Shown here: piece after piece, positions 1 through 11,812 of the stretch
Position numbering within the stretch: the stretch's first letter is position 1
How the letters are laid out: every line of letters begins with the position of its first letter
From: a virus
Lineage: Duplodnaviria > Heunggongvirae > Uroviricota > Caudoviricetes
DNA length: 64,000 bases
IMG/VR virus record: IMGVR_UViG_2859810971_000007
Reading direction: 5' to 3' (one strand)
Notes under the pieces: model-generated
Databases searched by the model: none
Seen by the model: the letters and a program-made list of their open reading frames with translations, nothing else
What the model was told of the DNA's origin: nothing
Program-made: the position numbers and the translations under genes

Positions 1-477
1 ATGAAACTCATCAGTAACGATCTGCGCGATGGCGATAAGTTGCCGCATCGTCATGTCTTTAACGGCATGGGTTACGATGGCGATAATATTTCACCGCATC
101 TGGCGTGGGATGATGTTCCTGCGGGAACGAAAAGTTTTGTTGTCACCTGCTACGACCCGGATGCGCCAACCGGCTCCGGCTGGTGGCACTGGGTAGTTGT
201 TAATTTACCCGCTGATACCCGCGTATTACCGCAAGGGTTTGGCTCTGGTCTGGTAGCAATGCCAGACGGCGTTTTGCAGACGCGTACCGATTTTGGTAAA
301 ACCGGATACGATGGCGCAGCGCCGCCGAAAGGCGAAACCCATCGCTACATTTTTACCGTTCACGCGCTGGATGTAGAGCGTATTGATGTCGATGAAGGAG
401 CCAGCGGCGCGATGGTCGGGTTTAACGTTCATTTCCACTCTCTGGCAAGCGCATCGATTACCGCGATGTTTAGTTAA
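1..477 (+). CDS. ybhB: YbhB, PEBP-family (kinase-inhibitor-like) protein
   Basis: 158-aa ORF with PEBP signature (CYDPDAPTGSGWWHW); matches recalled E. coli YbhB; lies beside the lambda att core as in E. coli. Confidence 0.9.
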   Translation: MKLISNDLRDGDKLPHRHVFNGMGYDGDNISPHLAWDDVPAGTKSFVVTCYDPDAPTGSGWWHWVVVNLPADTRVLPQGFGSGLVAMPDGVLQTRTDFGKTGYDGAAPPKGETHRYIFTVHALDVERIDVDEGASGAMVGFNVHFHSLASASITAMFS

Positions 478-567
478 TCACTCTGCCAGATGGCGCAATG
501 CCATCTGGTATCACTTAAAGGTATTAAAAACAACTTTTTGTCTTTTTACCTTCCCGTTTCGCTCAAG

Positions 568-730
568 TTAGTATAAAAAAGCTGACCGAGAAACAGTAAA
601 AATCATTAATATCAATGCATTATAATACATTTAGCTTAAAAAATAGACTGCATAATACTGCAAAACACAACATATCCAGTCACTATGAATCAACCACTTA
701 GATGGTATTAGTGACCTGATACAGAGCATT
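568..730 (-). other. prophage attR: lambda att core (568-582 reads TTAGTATAAAAAAGC, reverse complement of GCTTTTTTATACTAA) followed by lambda P-arm-like AT-rich sequence
   Basis: Core read directly; flanking sequence resembles recalled lambda attP P-arm; B'-side sequence abuts ybhB. Confidence 0.7.
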
Positions 731-770
731 AGCGCAAGGTGATTTTTTGTCCTCTTGCGCTAATTTTTTG

Positions 771-956
771 TCAACGCACTGGGTTAGCTGAATTTACAAC
801 CATGCTCAGTATCTCGATAAGCGCAGAGAAATGATGCTGTGGTGGGCAGACTACTGGCTTGATGAAAAGGTAGGGCGACCAACCGCGTTTTTTCAGTTCA
901 GTCAGCACATTGAGCCAGAACTTCACCCCTTCATTTTCGGCCAGCCACATCCCCAA
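771..956 (-). pseudogene. transposase C-terminal fragment (IS256-family-like remnant)
   Basis: 61-aa ORF with transposase-like motif (WLAENEGVKFWLNVLTELKKRG); no full-length gene. Confidence 0.3.
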
Positions 957-984
957 CAGTTCTTCCTGTTCTTAACTATTTACA

Positions 985-1001
985 GGCGCGTTTTTTTAAA
1001 G
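985..1001 (+). promoter_or_regulatory. MxiE-box-like motif (GGCGCGTTTTTTTAAAG) 59 bp upstream of the ipaH start
   Basis: Matches recalled MxiE box GTATCGTTTTTTTANAG at 13 of 16 defined positions. Confidence 0.4.
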
Positions 1002-1059
1002 AATCCTCACTCCATTTGCACGAATATATTAATATATAAACAATGAGGATCAATAATAA

Positions 1060-2822
1060 ATGAAACCTGCCCACAATCCTTCTTTTTTCCGCTCCTTTTG
1101 TGGTTTAGGATGTATATCCCGTTTATCCGTAGAAGAGCAAAATATCACGGATTATCACCGCATCTGGGATAACTGGGCCAAGGAAGGTGCTGCAACAGAA
1201 GACCGAACACAGGCAGTTCGATTACTGAAAATATGTCTGGCTTTTCAAGAGCCAGCCCTCAATTTAAGTTTACTCAGATTACGCTCTCTCCCATACCTGC
1301 CCCCGCACATACAAGAACTTAACATCTCTAGCAATGAGCTACGCTCTCTGCCAGAACTCCCTCCGTCCTTAACTGTACTTAAAGCCAGTGATAACAGACT
1401 GAGCAGGCTCCCGGCTCTTCCGCCTCACCTGGTCGCTCTTGATGTTTCACTTAACAGAGTTTTAACATGTTTGCCTTCTCTTCCATCTTCCTTGCAGTCA
1501 CTCTCAGCCCTTCTCAATAGCCTGGAGACGCTACCTGATCTTCCCCGGCTCTACAAAAACTTTCTGTTGGCAACAACCAGCTTACTGCCTTACCAGAATT
1601 ACCATGTGAACTACAGGAACTAAGTGCTTTTGATAACAGATTACAAGAGCTACCGCCCCTTCCTCAAAATCTGAGGCTTTTAAACGTTGGGGAAAACCAA
1701 CTACACAGACTGCCCGAACTTCCACAACGTCTGCAATCACTATATATCCCTAACAATCAGCTGAACACATTGCCAGACAGTATCATGAATCTGCACATTT
1801 ATGCAGATGTTAATATTTATAACAATCCATTGTCGACTCGCACTCTGCAAGCCCTGCAAAGATTAACCTCTTCGCCGGACTACCACGGCCCACGGATTTA
1901 CTTCTCCATGAGTGACGGACAACAGAATACACTCCATCGCCCCCTGGCTGATGCCGTGACAGCATGGTTCCCGGAAAACAAACAATCTGATGTATCACAG
2001 ATATGGCATGCTTTTGAACATGAAGAGCATGCCAACACCTTTTCCGCGTTCCTTGACCGCCTTTCCGATACCGTCTCTGCACGCAATACCTCCGGATTCC
2101 GTGAACAGGTCGCTGCATGGCTGGAAAAACTCAGTGCCTCTGCGGAGCTTCGACAGCAGTCTTTCGCTGTTGCTGCTGATGCCACTGAGAGCTGTGAGGA
2201 CCGTGTCGCGCTCACATGGAACAATCTCCGGAAAACCCTCCTGGTCCATCAGGCATCAGAAGGCCTTTTCGATAATGATACCGGCGCTCTGCTCTCCCTG
2301 GGCAGGGAAATGTTCCGCCTCGAAATTCTGGAGGACATTGCCCGGGATAAAGTCAGAACTCTCCATTTTGTGGATGAGATAGAAGTCTACCTGGCCTTCC
2401 AGACCATGCTCGCAGAGAAACTTCAGCTCTCTACTGCCGTGAAGGAAATGCGTTTCTATGGCGTGTCGGGAGTGACAGCAAATGACCTCCGCACTGCCGA
2501 AGCCATGGTCAGAAGCCGTGAAGAGAATGAATTTACGGACTGGTTCTCCCTCTGGGGACCATGGCATGCTGTACTGAAGCGTACGGAAGCTGACCGCTGG
2601 GCGCAGGCAGAAGAGCAGAAATATGAGATGCTGGAGAATGAGTACCCTCAGAGGGTGGCTGACCGGCTGAAAGCATCAGGTCTGAGCGGTGATGCGGATG
2701 CGGAGAGGGAAGCCGGTGCACAGGTGATGCGTGAGGCTGAACAGCAGATTTACCGTCAGCTGACTGACGAGGTACTGGCCCTGCGATTGCCTGAAAACGG
2801 CTCACAACTGCACCATTCATAA
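1060..2822 (+). pseudogene. ipaH: ipaH-family T3SS effector (LRR domain plus NEL E3 ligase domain), split by a frameshift
   Basis: ORFs 1060-1623 (LRR) and 1770-2822 (conserved IpaH C-terminus incl. SCEDRV) are in different frames; 1566-1770 translates as LRR repeats in the second frame; C-run at 1543-1546 appears one base short. Confidence 0.85.
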
Positions 2823-3000
2823 TCACATCGCATAAACCACAGACCGGACTGACTCCGGAAAAACAGAGGCCCGCCCCGGGCCTCCCCTGATTCATCCGTT
2901 TCCCTGTTCAGCCTGACAGCACGCCCCGGCTGCCGGATGACAGACTCCGCTTCGGTAAGCAAAGCGGTCTTCTGTGATTCCGCCAGTTGCGGCTTATTCA

Positions 3001-3624
3001 TTACTCAACGTCAAACGCCCGAATTGAAGCCAAATCATCCAGACCGCTCAGCTCCTCTTTCATTTCACGCTGACGGCGATAAATCTCATCGTTGCGATCG
3101 ACCTGCGCCTGCACCATTGCTGCCGCCAGTTCTTCCAGTTCCGGCATCGACAGTTTCACCTGCTGATTATCGGCATCGCTCCACGCCATATGTGTTTGTG
3201 CTGTGACAGATTTTGCCAGCATGACTACCGGGGACAGGCGGCCCAGTGAGTCGGGGCCAGCATTCCAGATACGACCGTTCCATTCAAACGTGAACGGCTT
3301 CGCCTCCTGTTCTGTGCGCCATGCTTCAATTTCCTGACGTCTGGCCTCTCTGGCCGCTTCCAGCATTTCTGGTGTCACAGTGAATGGGGCTATCTCACCC
3401 CATTTGCCACTTTGCAGTTCCTGCCAGATTTGCTGACCCGTCGGTGCGACATCATCAGCGGTGGCTGTGTAGGGAACTGCCTGGTCCCTGTCGTCAAAAA
3501 AAACGTCACAGTCTACTGCGCCACTTTCGGTATAACGGGGATTAATGATTTTTTTAATTTCCACGGTGCATTCCTCACGATGTGCGAATAAAAAGCCCGG
3601 GCATTGCGCCAGAGACATGTGCAT
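3001..3624 (-). CDS. tfa: tail fiber assembly protein
   Basis: 207-aa ORF directly downstream of stf, overlapping its 3' end; diverged second copy at 40338-40955. Confidence 0.7.
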   Translation of the reverse strand: MHMSLAQCPGFLFAHREECTVEIKKIINPRYTESGAVDCDVFFDDRDQAVPYTATADDVAPTGQQIWQELQSGKWGEIAPFTVTPEMLEAAREARRQEIEAWRTEQEAKPFTFEWNGRIWNAGPDSLGRLSPVVMLAKSVTAQTHMAWSDADNQQVKLSMPELEELAAAMVQAQVDRNDEIYRRQREMKEELSGLDDLASIRAFDVE

Positions 3625-4746
3625 CCGGCACCCCGGACAGGGCGCAATATGACCCCGGTAATGAATGCTCTGAACATCCCGTAATGAAAAATTGTGGGGA
3701 TACTATATACGTTCCGGTGGGAGTACTGGGCACTGAAATCCCCACCGGTCCCAGTCGTGAGCCTCTGTATGACTGCCCCCTGACAAGTCTGATGACTTTA
3801 TCACCGTCAGCTTCTCCCTGGTACGCAGCAATAATCAGCCCGCCAATGTCAGGGTCTCCCCATCTGTTGCGGACAGAGCTCGCCACGATTCTGTAAATAA
3901 TATCTTCTGTGGTTATATTTATTTTCACCCAGCCAGTCAGTCTGGATATGGGCCAGTAGCAGTAGCGGGTGTGATAAATGGGGCCGTTAATGCCGTAAAA
4001 AGTAAGGGATTTGGCTCTGTACCGCGGTTCTGTTGTCTCAGGGCGTGCATCAGTCCACCGGATGCTGAGCACCCCTTCAAACCGTGTGTCGGGTATGATG
4101 ATGCCGTAAGGGCCAGCAACGGAATATTCACCTGGCAGCGCATTCCTTACCCAGGCCAGGAAATCACTCTTAGTGTCAAAACGGATAACATCTTCAGGCA
4201 GAAAAGCACACCCAAAGCCGAATGCGCCGGGTATCGCCAGACGGCCTTTTGTCCGGTCGTAAATGTCGCTCTGTGCTTCCATCGTGGCCGCACTTTTCAG
4301 CCCCAGATTATCCCGGGACTTCTGTTGTGCCTTTTCGCCTGCTGCTGCGATTTCTGACAGATGGTTAGCCATTTTCAGAGTGCCGGTCAGCGCAGCATCA
4401 ATGTCATTTTTGGCCTGTTCTGCTGCGCGGGCATAACCTGCGGCATCCTGTGCGCTCTGTCCGGCTGCGGCTGCATTTGCTCCTGTGCTTGTCACATCTT
4501 CCGCAGTGGCCTTTCTGTCCTCAGCTGTGACGGTTGCATCCTGTCGGGCTTTCTCCGCAAAACGTTGTGCATCATCACGGGCCGTTGCGGCTGCCGCCAC
4601 ATCCTGCGCCGTCTGCTGTGCGTTTCCGGCTGCAGCCCCGGCACTCTGCTGCGCCTGCGCCACCATTTCCTCAAAGCGCTTCTGAGGTAGCCTGAGTTTA
4701 ACGGACACTCCTTCCTGAAATAGAATGGCATCAGAAGGAGCTAATA

Positions 4747-5049
4747 ATGAGCAGAAAAACCCAACGTTACTCTAAAGAGTTCAAAGCCGAAGCTGTCAGA
4801 ACGGTTCTTGAAAATCAACTTTCGATCAGTGAAGGCGCTTCCCGATTATCCCTTCCTGAAGGCACTTTAGGACAATGGGTTACCGCCGCCAGAAAAGGGC
4901 TCGGTACTCCTGGTTCCCGCACGGTGGCTGAACTGGAATCTGAAATTCTGCAACTGCGTAAGGCGTTAAATGAAGCTCGCCTTGAGCGCGATATATTAAA
5001 AAAAGCAACAGCGTATTTTGCACAGGAGTCGCTGAAAAATACGCGTTAA
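4747..5049 (+). CDS. IS600 OrfA (transposase HTH subunit)
   Basis: 100-aa ORF MSRKTQRYSKEFKAEAV..., identical in all IS600 copies here. Confidence 0.9.
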   Translation: MSRKTQRYSKEFKAEAVRTVLENQLSISEGASRLSLPEGTLGQWVTAARKGLGTPGSRTVAELESEILQLRKALNEARLERDILKKATAYFAQESLKNTR

Positions 5050-5084
5050 TCGAACAATGGCGACAACAATTTCCCATTGAAGCG

Positions 5085-5903
5085 ATGTGTCAGGTATTTG
5101 GTATATCCAGGAGCGGTTATTACAACTGGGTACAGCATGAACCCTCAGACAGAAAACAAAGTGATGAGCGGCTAAAACTGGAGATTAAGGTGGCACATAT
5201 CCGCACTCGCGAAACATATGGAACCCGGCGGCTCCAGACGGAGCTGGCAGAGAATGGCATCATCGTTGGTCGTGACCGACTGGCACGTCTTCGTAAGGAG
5301 CTGAGGCTACGCTGTAAGCAGAAACGCAAGTTCAGAGCGACTACGAACCCGAACCACAATCTGCCAGTTGCGCCAAATCTGCTGAACCAGACGTTCGCTC
5401 CTACAGCACCAAATCAGGTCTGGGTGGCGGACCTGACGTATGTTGCCACACAGGAGGGATGGTTGTACCTCGCTGGCATCAAAGATGTTTATACGTGCGA
5501 AATTGTCGGCTACGCCATGGGAGAGCGCATGACAAAAGAGCTGACAGGTAAAGCCCTGTTTATGGCGCTCAGGAGCCAGCGCCCACCTGCCGGGCTAATC
5601 CACCACTCTGATCGAGGTTCACAGTACTGCGCATACGATTACCGGGTCATACAGGAGCAGTTTGGTCTGAAAACATCAATGTCGCGTAAAGGTAACTGTT
5701 ACGACAACGCTCCGATGGAAAGCTTCTGGGGAACGCTGAAAAATGAGAGCCTGAGCCACTATCGTTTTAATAACCGGGATGAAGCCATCTCAGTAATACG
5801 GGAATACATTGAGATTTTCTACAATCGTCAGCGTCGTCACTCTCGTCTGGGGAATATCTCCCCGGCAGCCTTCAGGGAAAAATATCATCAGATGGCTGCT
5901 TAA
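5085..5903 (+). CDS. IS600 OrfB (DDE transposase; normally made as OrfAB fusion by -1 frameshift)
   Basis: 272-aa ORF with IS3-family catalytic core. Confidence 0.9.
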   Translation: MCQVFGISRSGYYNWVQHEPSDRKQSDERLKLEIKVAHIRTRETYGTRRLQTELAENGIIVGRDRLARLRKELRLRCKQKRKFRATTNPNHNLPVAPNLLNQTFAPTAPNQVWVADLTYVATQEGWLYLAGIKDVYTCEIVGYAMGERMTKELTGKALFMALRSQRPPAGLIHHSDRGSQYCAYDYRVIQEQFGLKTSMSRKGNCYDNAPMESFWGTLKNESLSHYRFNNRDEAISVIREYIEIFYNRQRRHSRLGNISPAAFREKYHQMAA

Positions 5904-6320
5904 AAAAAGAACAAATGGTAGTGTCCGCTATTGCCAGTACACCTCATTCATCACCTCCGGACGTAAATCACCATACTTTGGTGCATTCAGAAACGCGTTC
6001 AGTGTCCCCGGTGCATCAGTCGGTGCCACATCAATATCCCCGACACGGGTTGGCTGCCAGCCGTTACAGTGAAGCGCAACCTCGTAATACCCCGGCTCAG
6101 CCTCAATCACATAAGCACCGTTATTGTCCGTCACGCAAGTGGCAACAACGTGTGCCACAACGGTCGGACTGGTTCTTCTGGCCCGCAGTTCAATCGCACA
6201 ATTTACGACAGGTTTACCCGCCCCATCTTTCAGTACACCTGAAATCTTTACTGCCATATTCACCCCACAAAAAGCCCGCCTGAACCAGCGGGCTGTCATA
6301 ACACTGTGTTACCTGGCTAA

Positions 6321-6920
6321 TCAGAACTTATAACCGACACCCACGATGAAACCGTCAGTGCGCCAGTCGCCACTGCCGGAACCTTCATAAGCAAGGTCAA
6401 TGGCCACGGATTCGGTCGGGTTAAACTGCACGCCAGCCCCCCACGCCAGAGACGTGTTGCTGTGGCGGTTGTCATCACTCCCGGTCAGCACATCGTGCGT
6501 TTTCCCCTTGTTGTCAGTTACGCGGAGATAATCCCCGGAGAAGGTCGACACACGGCTGTAAGCCACGCCCGCCATCGCATACGCGCTGAACCATTCATTC
6601 ACGCGCACAGACGGCCCCGCCATCACGCTGAACCAGCGGTTACGCACGGAATCCTCATGCCAGCGGGTATCGCTGTAATGCGTTTTTTGCTCATCTTCAG
6701 CGTTGGCATAGCTGAATGACGTCACCAGCCCCAGCGTGTCCGTAAACTCATAACGGTATTTCACGTTAATCCCGTTCAGATCATCACTGCCGGGAGCGTT
6801 CGTCGAGGCATGAAGATACCCCGCGCTCAGCGTGGACTGATGTTCAGACGCCCATGCAGGCGCACCGGATACAGCCAGACAGATGGCTGCGGACAAAATG
6901 GCAGCATAAAGTTTACGCAT
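6321..6920 (-). CDS. lom: Lom/Ail-family outer membrane protein
   Basis: 199-aa ORF with signal peptide and beta-barrel character, between J and stf as in lambda. Confidence 0.85.
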   Translation of the reverse strand: MRKLYAAILSAAICLAVSGAPAWASEHQSTLSAGYLHASTNAPGSDDLNGINVKYRYEFTDTLGLVTSFSYANAEDEQKTHYSDTRWHEDSVRNRWFSVMAGPSVRVNEWFSAYAMAGVAYSRVSTFSGDYLRVTDNKGKTHDVLTGSDDNRHSNTSLAWGAGVQFNPTESVAIDLAYEGSGSGDWRTDGFIVGVGYKF

Positions 6921-6987
6921 AATTACCTCTCGCTTTTCTGCAATAAAAAAGGCACCATTTCTGGTGCCCGTATCTGGGTTATAAAAT

Positions 6988-9900
6988 TCAGCTGATACTG
7001 ATACCTGCTGTGGATTTCTTCATCACAACAACCAGCAAATCGCTGATACTTGCTGTGGGATACCAGCCATTTACCAGCCATGCCGATACAGAAAACTCCA
7101 GCGTCATGTGACCGTGACCGGCAGGCATATCAATAACACCCGTATATATCAGCGTATTATCCAGGGTCGTTCGGTTATAAATTTCAGCACCGTTTTTCTT
7201 CACTATCAGGCGGCATGACGAATAAATATTGTTATTCTTCCGCTCATGTTTAGCACCGCGAAACGCCACCGCGGGAATAACAATTTGCCGATCAAACGGC
7301 TGATCGTCATAAACCCTGACGGTAATGGTCCCTGATGGCCACCTCTCCGGTGCCCGGGAGTCCCGTGGGAAAGGTTTGCCCACTGTTTTAACGAGATCGC
7401 CTTCAATCTGGTTCGCGGACAATTTTCCCAGAACCCGACAGTTCTTATTAATCGTGACGTTGTTGAGCGTCCCGGAGTTCGCGTTCACGTTACCGCTGAT
7501 ATCGGCATTTTTCGCCGTCAGCCGTCCGCCAGGTGTCAGGGAAAATGCCGGAGGATTACCGCCGCTGGTAATGGTCGGAGCCGTCAGGCGTTTCAGGAAC
7601 ACGTCGTTCATGAATATCTGATCGCCCTGACCAACAAACATCGGCTTTGTGTTGCCATTCGCAGGATTAATCATCGCAATCCTGTCTGCCGCCAGCAGCA
7701 CCTGACTCTGCATTCCTGCTGGCGTATTCTCAATACCGGCACCGATACCCGCAATATAAAGGCGTCCGTCCTTCATCTGTTGCAGCTTCACAGCCCACAT
7801 GCTGTTCAGGTTATTATTTGTATCAACCTGAACTTTCTGTATCTGCTGGATTGCAGCACTCTGATTTTCCAGTTTTTTATTGACGGTTTGCGTGATTTCA
7901 TTGCTGACATTCGTAATGGACGTCCTGATTTCAGTCAGGTCCGGCGCAAGCTGACCGTTATCAATCTGCGTCCACAACTCCTTGCCGAGATGCGTTTTAT
8001 TGATCAACCCTTTATAAAAACTCAGATAACCTTCCGCATCATCGCTCGCCCGACCGACGGCCTCCACAAATGCCGATTTGCCAACGGTGTTCACACTGCG
8101 AACGTAAAAATAATAATCATGGCCCGGCCTGATATTGATACTGGCGGCTATCCAGTACAGCGCCGTGCCAAGATAGCGGGCGCTGGTTTCAACCTGCCTG
8201 ATATCCGCAATCCGCTTTTCCGAAAACCAGAACTCAAACTGCACCGTCGGGTCATATACAGCCAGTTTCGGGACCACCGTTATCTGAAAATACCCCGGTA
8301 TCAGTTCAATAGTGACAGGCGCTGCCGGTGCCGCAATCCGGAACGATACCGACGCCGGATCGCCCTGCTGCCCCGGGCATTTACCGCCCGGACTGTCAGA
8401 CTGTAATTCCCCAGCGCCAGCTGCCTGAAGCGGTATGTGGTTTCCGTCGTCCTGGCTGTGCTGACCAGCCGCTCACTGCCGTCGTCCGCTGCCACGGTCA
8501 GGCGAAGCAGGAAGCTCACACCCTTCACCACCTTCGGCGTGTCCCATCGCGCCAGCACCTGATATTCCCCGCTGTCTGCGGTGACTTCGGCGGTCAGATG
8601 CTGCACCGCTGGCGGCGTGACACCATTCACCGTGCCGCGCCGGTCACCGTCAAAGTGTGCCCCGTTATCCACGATGGCCTCTTTTTCCGGCACATGCTGC
8701 ACGGCGGTGATGGCATACGTGCCGTCGTCGTTCTCACGGATACTCACGCAGCGGAACAGGCGCTGGCGCAGCGTCGGCAGCTTCAGCCCCCACACGCTGT
8801 ATTCTGCAACGCCGTCAGGAACCCGGCTCACTTTCACCTTCACGCCGTCGGTGACGGACTGAACCTCCACGCTGACCGGATTGCCATTTCCGTCAACCAG
8901 GCTTATCAGCGTGGTACCGGAGGACGGCAGCGTGATTTCACGGTCGAGCGTCAGCGTCCGGGTCTGGCTGTTCACCGCCAGTACGCGACCACCGGTGCTG
9001 ATACCGGCATAATCATCATCGCAGATTTCAATGACATCACCCGGTACATGGCGAAGCCCTTCTGCGCCGACGCTGAAGTCCACGGTCTGCGTTTCCAGCA
9101 GTTCCGTTTTAATCAGCCACAGCCCGGCGCGGTGCGCCTGTCCCCGGCTGGTACAGCCAAAGGCATCCATCTTCGTGACGTTACGACCGTAACGGACAAT
9201 GGCCTGCGTGTCCTCCACAAGCTCTGTCGCCGTCTCATGACCGTTGTCCGGATCAATCCAGTTCACCTCAACGACATTATGGCGGTCCTTCAGGGCGCTG
9301 AAGCTGTAGCGGAACGGCGCGCCATCATCCGGCATCACCACATTACTGCGGTTATAGGTCCACACTTTATCCGACGGTCGGTCCTGCACGAACGTCAGCG
9401 TCTGCCCGTTCCATACCGGCATACAGCGCATCGCCGAGCAGAAATCACTGAGAACATCCCACGCCTTACGCTGTGTGGTCAGGTAAGCGTTACAGGTGAT
9501 GCGCGGCTCCGTGCCGCCAAATCCGTCCGGCACTGACTGGTCGCAGTACTGGCCGATGACATACAGCGCCCATTTGTCCACATCTGCCGCACCAAGACGT
9601 TTCCCCATGCCGTAGCGCGGATGAGTGAGCATGTCCCACAGACACCAGGCCATGTTGTTGCTGTATGCTGGCTTAAGCGTTCCGTCCCAGATACCGCTGT
9701 ATTGCCGCGTCTGCGGGTTATAGTTCGACGGCACCTGCAGAATGCGCCCGCGAAGATGATAATTGCGACTCACCTGCTGGTTACCGAACTGCTCTGAATC
9801 CACCTGCACGCCGACCAGCGCCGTGTTCGGGTAGCACTGTTTCACATCGATGATTTCGGTGTACGACGACCAGAGCGTTTTGTTCTGCAGCTGGTCTGTG

Positions 9901-10466
9901 GTGCTGTCCGGTGTCATCCTGCGCATCCGGATATTAAACGGGCGCGGCGGCAGGTTACCCACCACCACCGAGGCCAGATACTGCGAAGTGGTTTTGCCCT
10001 TAATGGTGATGTCTTTTTCCGTCACCCAGCCACCGTTACGCTGTATCTGAACCAGCAGGCGGACTTCCGACGGATTCCGGTCCCCCTTTGAGGTGGTTTC
10101 CACCAGTGCCTGCACACCGAAGGTCAGGCGCAGACGATCAATGTTTGCCGACGTGATGGTCCGGGTGATCGGCGTGTCGTATTTCACTTCCGTACCCAGC
10201 ACAGTCTCTGAGCCGGAAGATTCAAACCCCTCCGGCGGTGTCTGCTCCTGCTCGCCGGCGCGGAACACCACCGTAACACCGGAAAAGTTTGTCTTCCCCT
10301 CGCTGTCCAGGACCGGCGTACCGTTCAGCAGCACGCTTTTTAATCCATCCACCGGACCGTCAACCGGCCCTTCGCTGATGGCATCAATCACACTCAGCAA
10401 CTGCGTGGATTTCAGGTTGTCCTTCGCTTCGCGCGGGGTATGCCCCTTACTGCTGCCTTTACCCAT
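6988..10466 (-). pseudogene. J: tail tip host-specificity protein J, split into 721-aa and 429-aa ORFs
   Basis: N-terminus MGKGSSKGHTPREAKDNLKSTQLL matches recalled lambda J; the two ORFs are in different frames and meet near 8278-8300 (C-run at 8293-8296). Confidence 0.85.
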
Positions 10467-10526
10467 TCCTCACGCTCCATAAACGACAAAACCGCCCGCA
10501 GGCGGTTTCACATGAAACATTTTGCA

Positions 10527-11167
10527 TCAGCGACCAATCACCACAACCTGACCACCATCCCCTTCGTCTGCCGTGCTGATCTCCTGAGATACCACCCGCG
10601 ACCCCACGCGCATTTCACCGTACAGAACAGGCAGAACATTGCCCTGGGCAACCATGTTATCCAGTGAGGAGAAACAGGTGTTCTGTTTGCCGTTATCCGT
10701 TGTCTGTGTACGGGGAGTTCTGGCTTTCGGTGCCAGCATCTGTGCAACACCGCCAAGCGTCATACTGGCACCGAGAGAAAACAGCAGATTACTCGCCATA
10801 ATTCCTACCCCGGCATCCATATAGCAACCGCCATAACAGCTGCCCCCAGCACCGCCTGAAACACACCGCCACTTTTAGCTCCCACCAGACGCGGTACTAT
10901 GTGGATCACTGCACCATTTGCCAGCGGCTCATTAAGACGGGCAGACAATTCGGTTTCACCTGCATCACGCCCGGCAATGCGCACCTGATACCAGCCGTCA
11001 CTCAGTTTCTGACGAAACGCCGGGAGCTGTGTGGCCAGTGCGCGGATGGCTTCAGCCCCCGTTTTCACACGAAGGTCGATGCGGCGGCCAAATCGTTGCA
11101 AATCCCCGTAAAGGCAGATGCGTGCCATTCCCGGTGACGCCAGAGGGAGTGTGTGCGTCGCTGCCAT
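10527..11167 (-). pseudogene. I: tail assembly protein I, two overlapping ORFs in different frames
   Basis: ORFs 10805-11167 and 10527-10820 together resemble lambda I; C-run at 10808-10811. Confidence 0.75.
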
Positions 11168-11808
11168 TTGTCGGTATACCTCTCTCGTTTACTCAGTTGT
11201 TCAGGAATATGGTGCAGCAGCTCACCATCGCCGCAGTAAATGGCGGCATGATTCGGCACCGATGAACCAAAACAGCACAGCAGCACATCGCCCGGTTGTG
11301 CTGATGACAACGGCACCTGATACAGCCCTGTGGCCTCCAGATTATCCAGATAGAGATTCTGACCGTGACGCCACCAGTCATCCCCGCGATGAAAATCCGG
11401 CATCTCAATCCCCGCCAGATGATAAGCATCCCGGAACAGCGTGTAACAGTCCGTCACCCCGTGCTCAAAGCGCCGCCCGGTGAGATGCGGCACACAGCGG
11501 AACTTGTGAATCGCCCCCCGGCAGACCAGCCACCACGGCAAATCACTCTGCACCTGCAGCCGCCGGTCAGCCTCACTCAGCCAGGGCAGACCACCGGGAT
11601 GACTGTGGACCAGTGCCACAATCTCACCCTGCATTTGTGCCCGCAGCCAGTCCTCCGGAGCCATCCGGAACCGTTCCTCCGGCTCACCGGAGATATTCTC
11701 GCTGGGAAGATACCTGTCTCCCTCCGGCGTTCTCACCACGAAGCCACACGACTCCGCTGGCGCACATCGCCGGGCGTGCGCCAGAATCGCTGATTCTGTC
11801 TGTGTCAT
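11065..11808 (-). CDS. K: tail assembly protein K (NlpC/P60 plus JAB/MPN domains)
   Basis: Start MTQTESAILAHARRCAP at 11808 with HSHPGG motif; matches recalled lambda K. Confidence 0.85.
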   Translation of the reverse strand: MTQTESAILAHARRCAPAESCGFVVRTPEGDRYLPSENISGEPEERFRMAPEDWLRAQMQGEIVALVHSHPGGLPWLSEADRRLQVQSDLPWWLVCRGAIHKFRCVPHLTGRRFEHGVTDCYTLFRDAYHLAGIEMPDFHRGDDWWRHGQNLYLDNLEATGLYQVPLSSAQPGDVLLCCFGSSVPNHAAIYCGDGELLHHIPEQLSKRERYTDKWQRRTHSLWRHREWHASAFTGICNDLAAASTFV

Positions 11809-11812
11809 GGAT

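Larger units (their letters stand above)
4683..5946 (+). mobile_element. IS600 (IS3 family), 1264 bp, simple insertion with 3-bp direct repeat TTC
   Basis: Ends TGAGGTAGCCTGAG... and ...CCAGTACACCTCA; orfA and orfB inside; TTC at 4680-4682 and 5947-5949. Confidence 0.9.
3575..6257 (-). pseudogene. stf: side tail fiber protein interrupted by IS600
   Basis: N-terminus MAVKISGVLKDG (start 6257) matches recalled lambda Stf; C-terminal part 3575-4682 stays in frame once IS600 and one TTC repeat are removed. Confidence 0.75.

Noticed and set aside
486-508. Hairpin CCAGATGGC-GCAAT-GCCATCTGG after ybhB as an intrinsic terminator
   Set aside because: Perfect 9-bp stem but no following T-run; could be a REP-like or Rho-dependent element, not callable by eye
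5928-6299. 123-aa ORF called as an independent gene
   Set aside because: It is the 5' part of stf (true start 6257) reading into the IS600 end; ORFs 25927-26178 and 5809-6072 are likewise IS600-end read-throughs
8328-9536. 402-aa plus-strand ORF inside J, with similar long antisense ORFs inside H, V, E, C, B and A (e.g. 13420-13878, 14392-15039, 17118-17768, 19575-20096, 21563-22030, 22613-23170)
   Set aside because: They lie antisense to strongly supported conserved phage genes, have Arg/Pro/His-rich low-complexity composition typical of the reverse strand of GC-rich coding DNA, and have no RBS or recognisable domain
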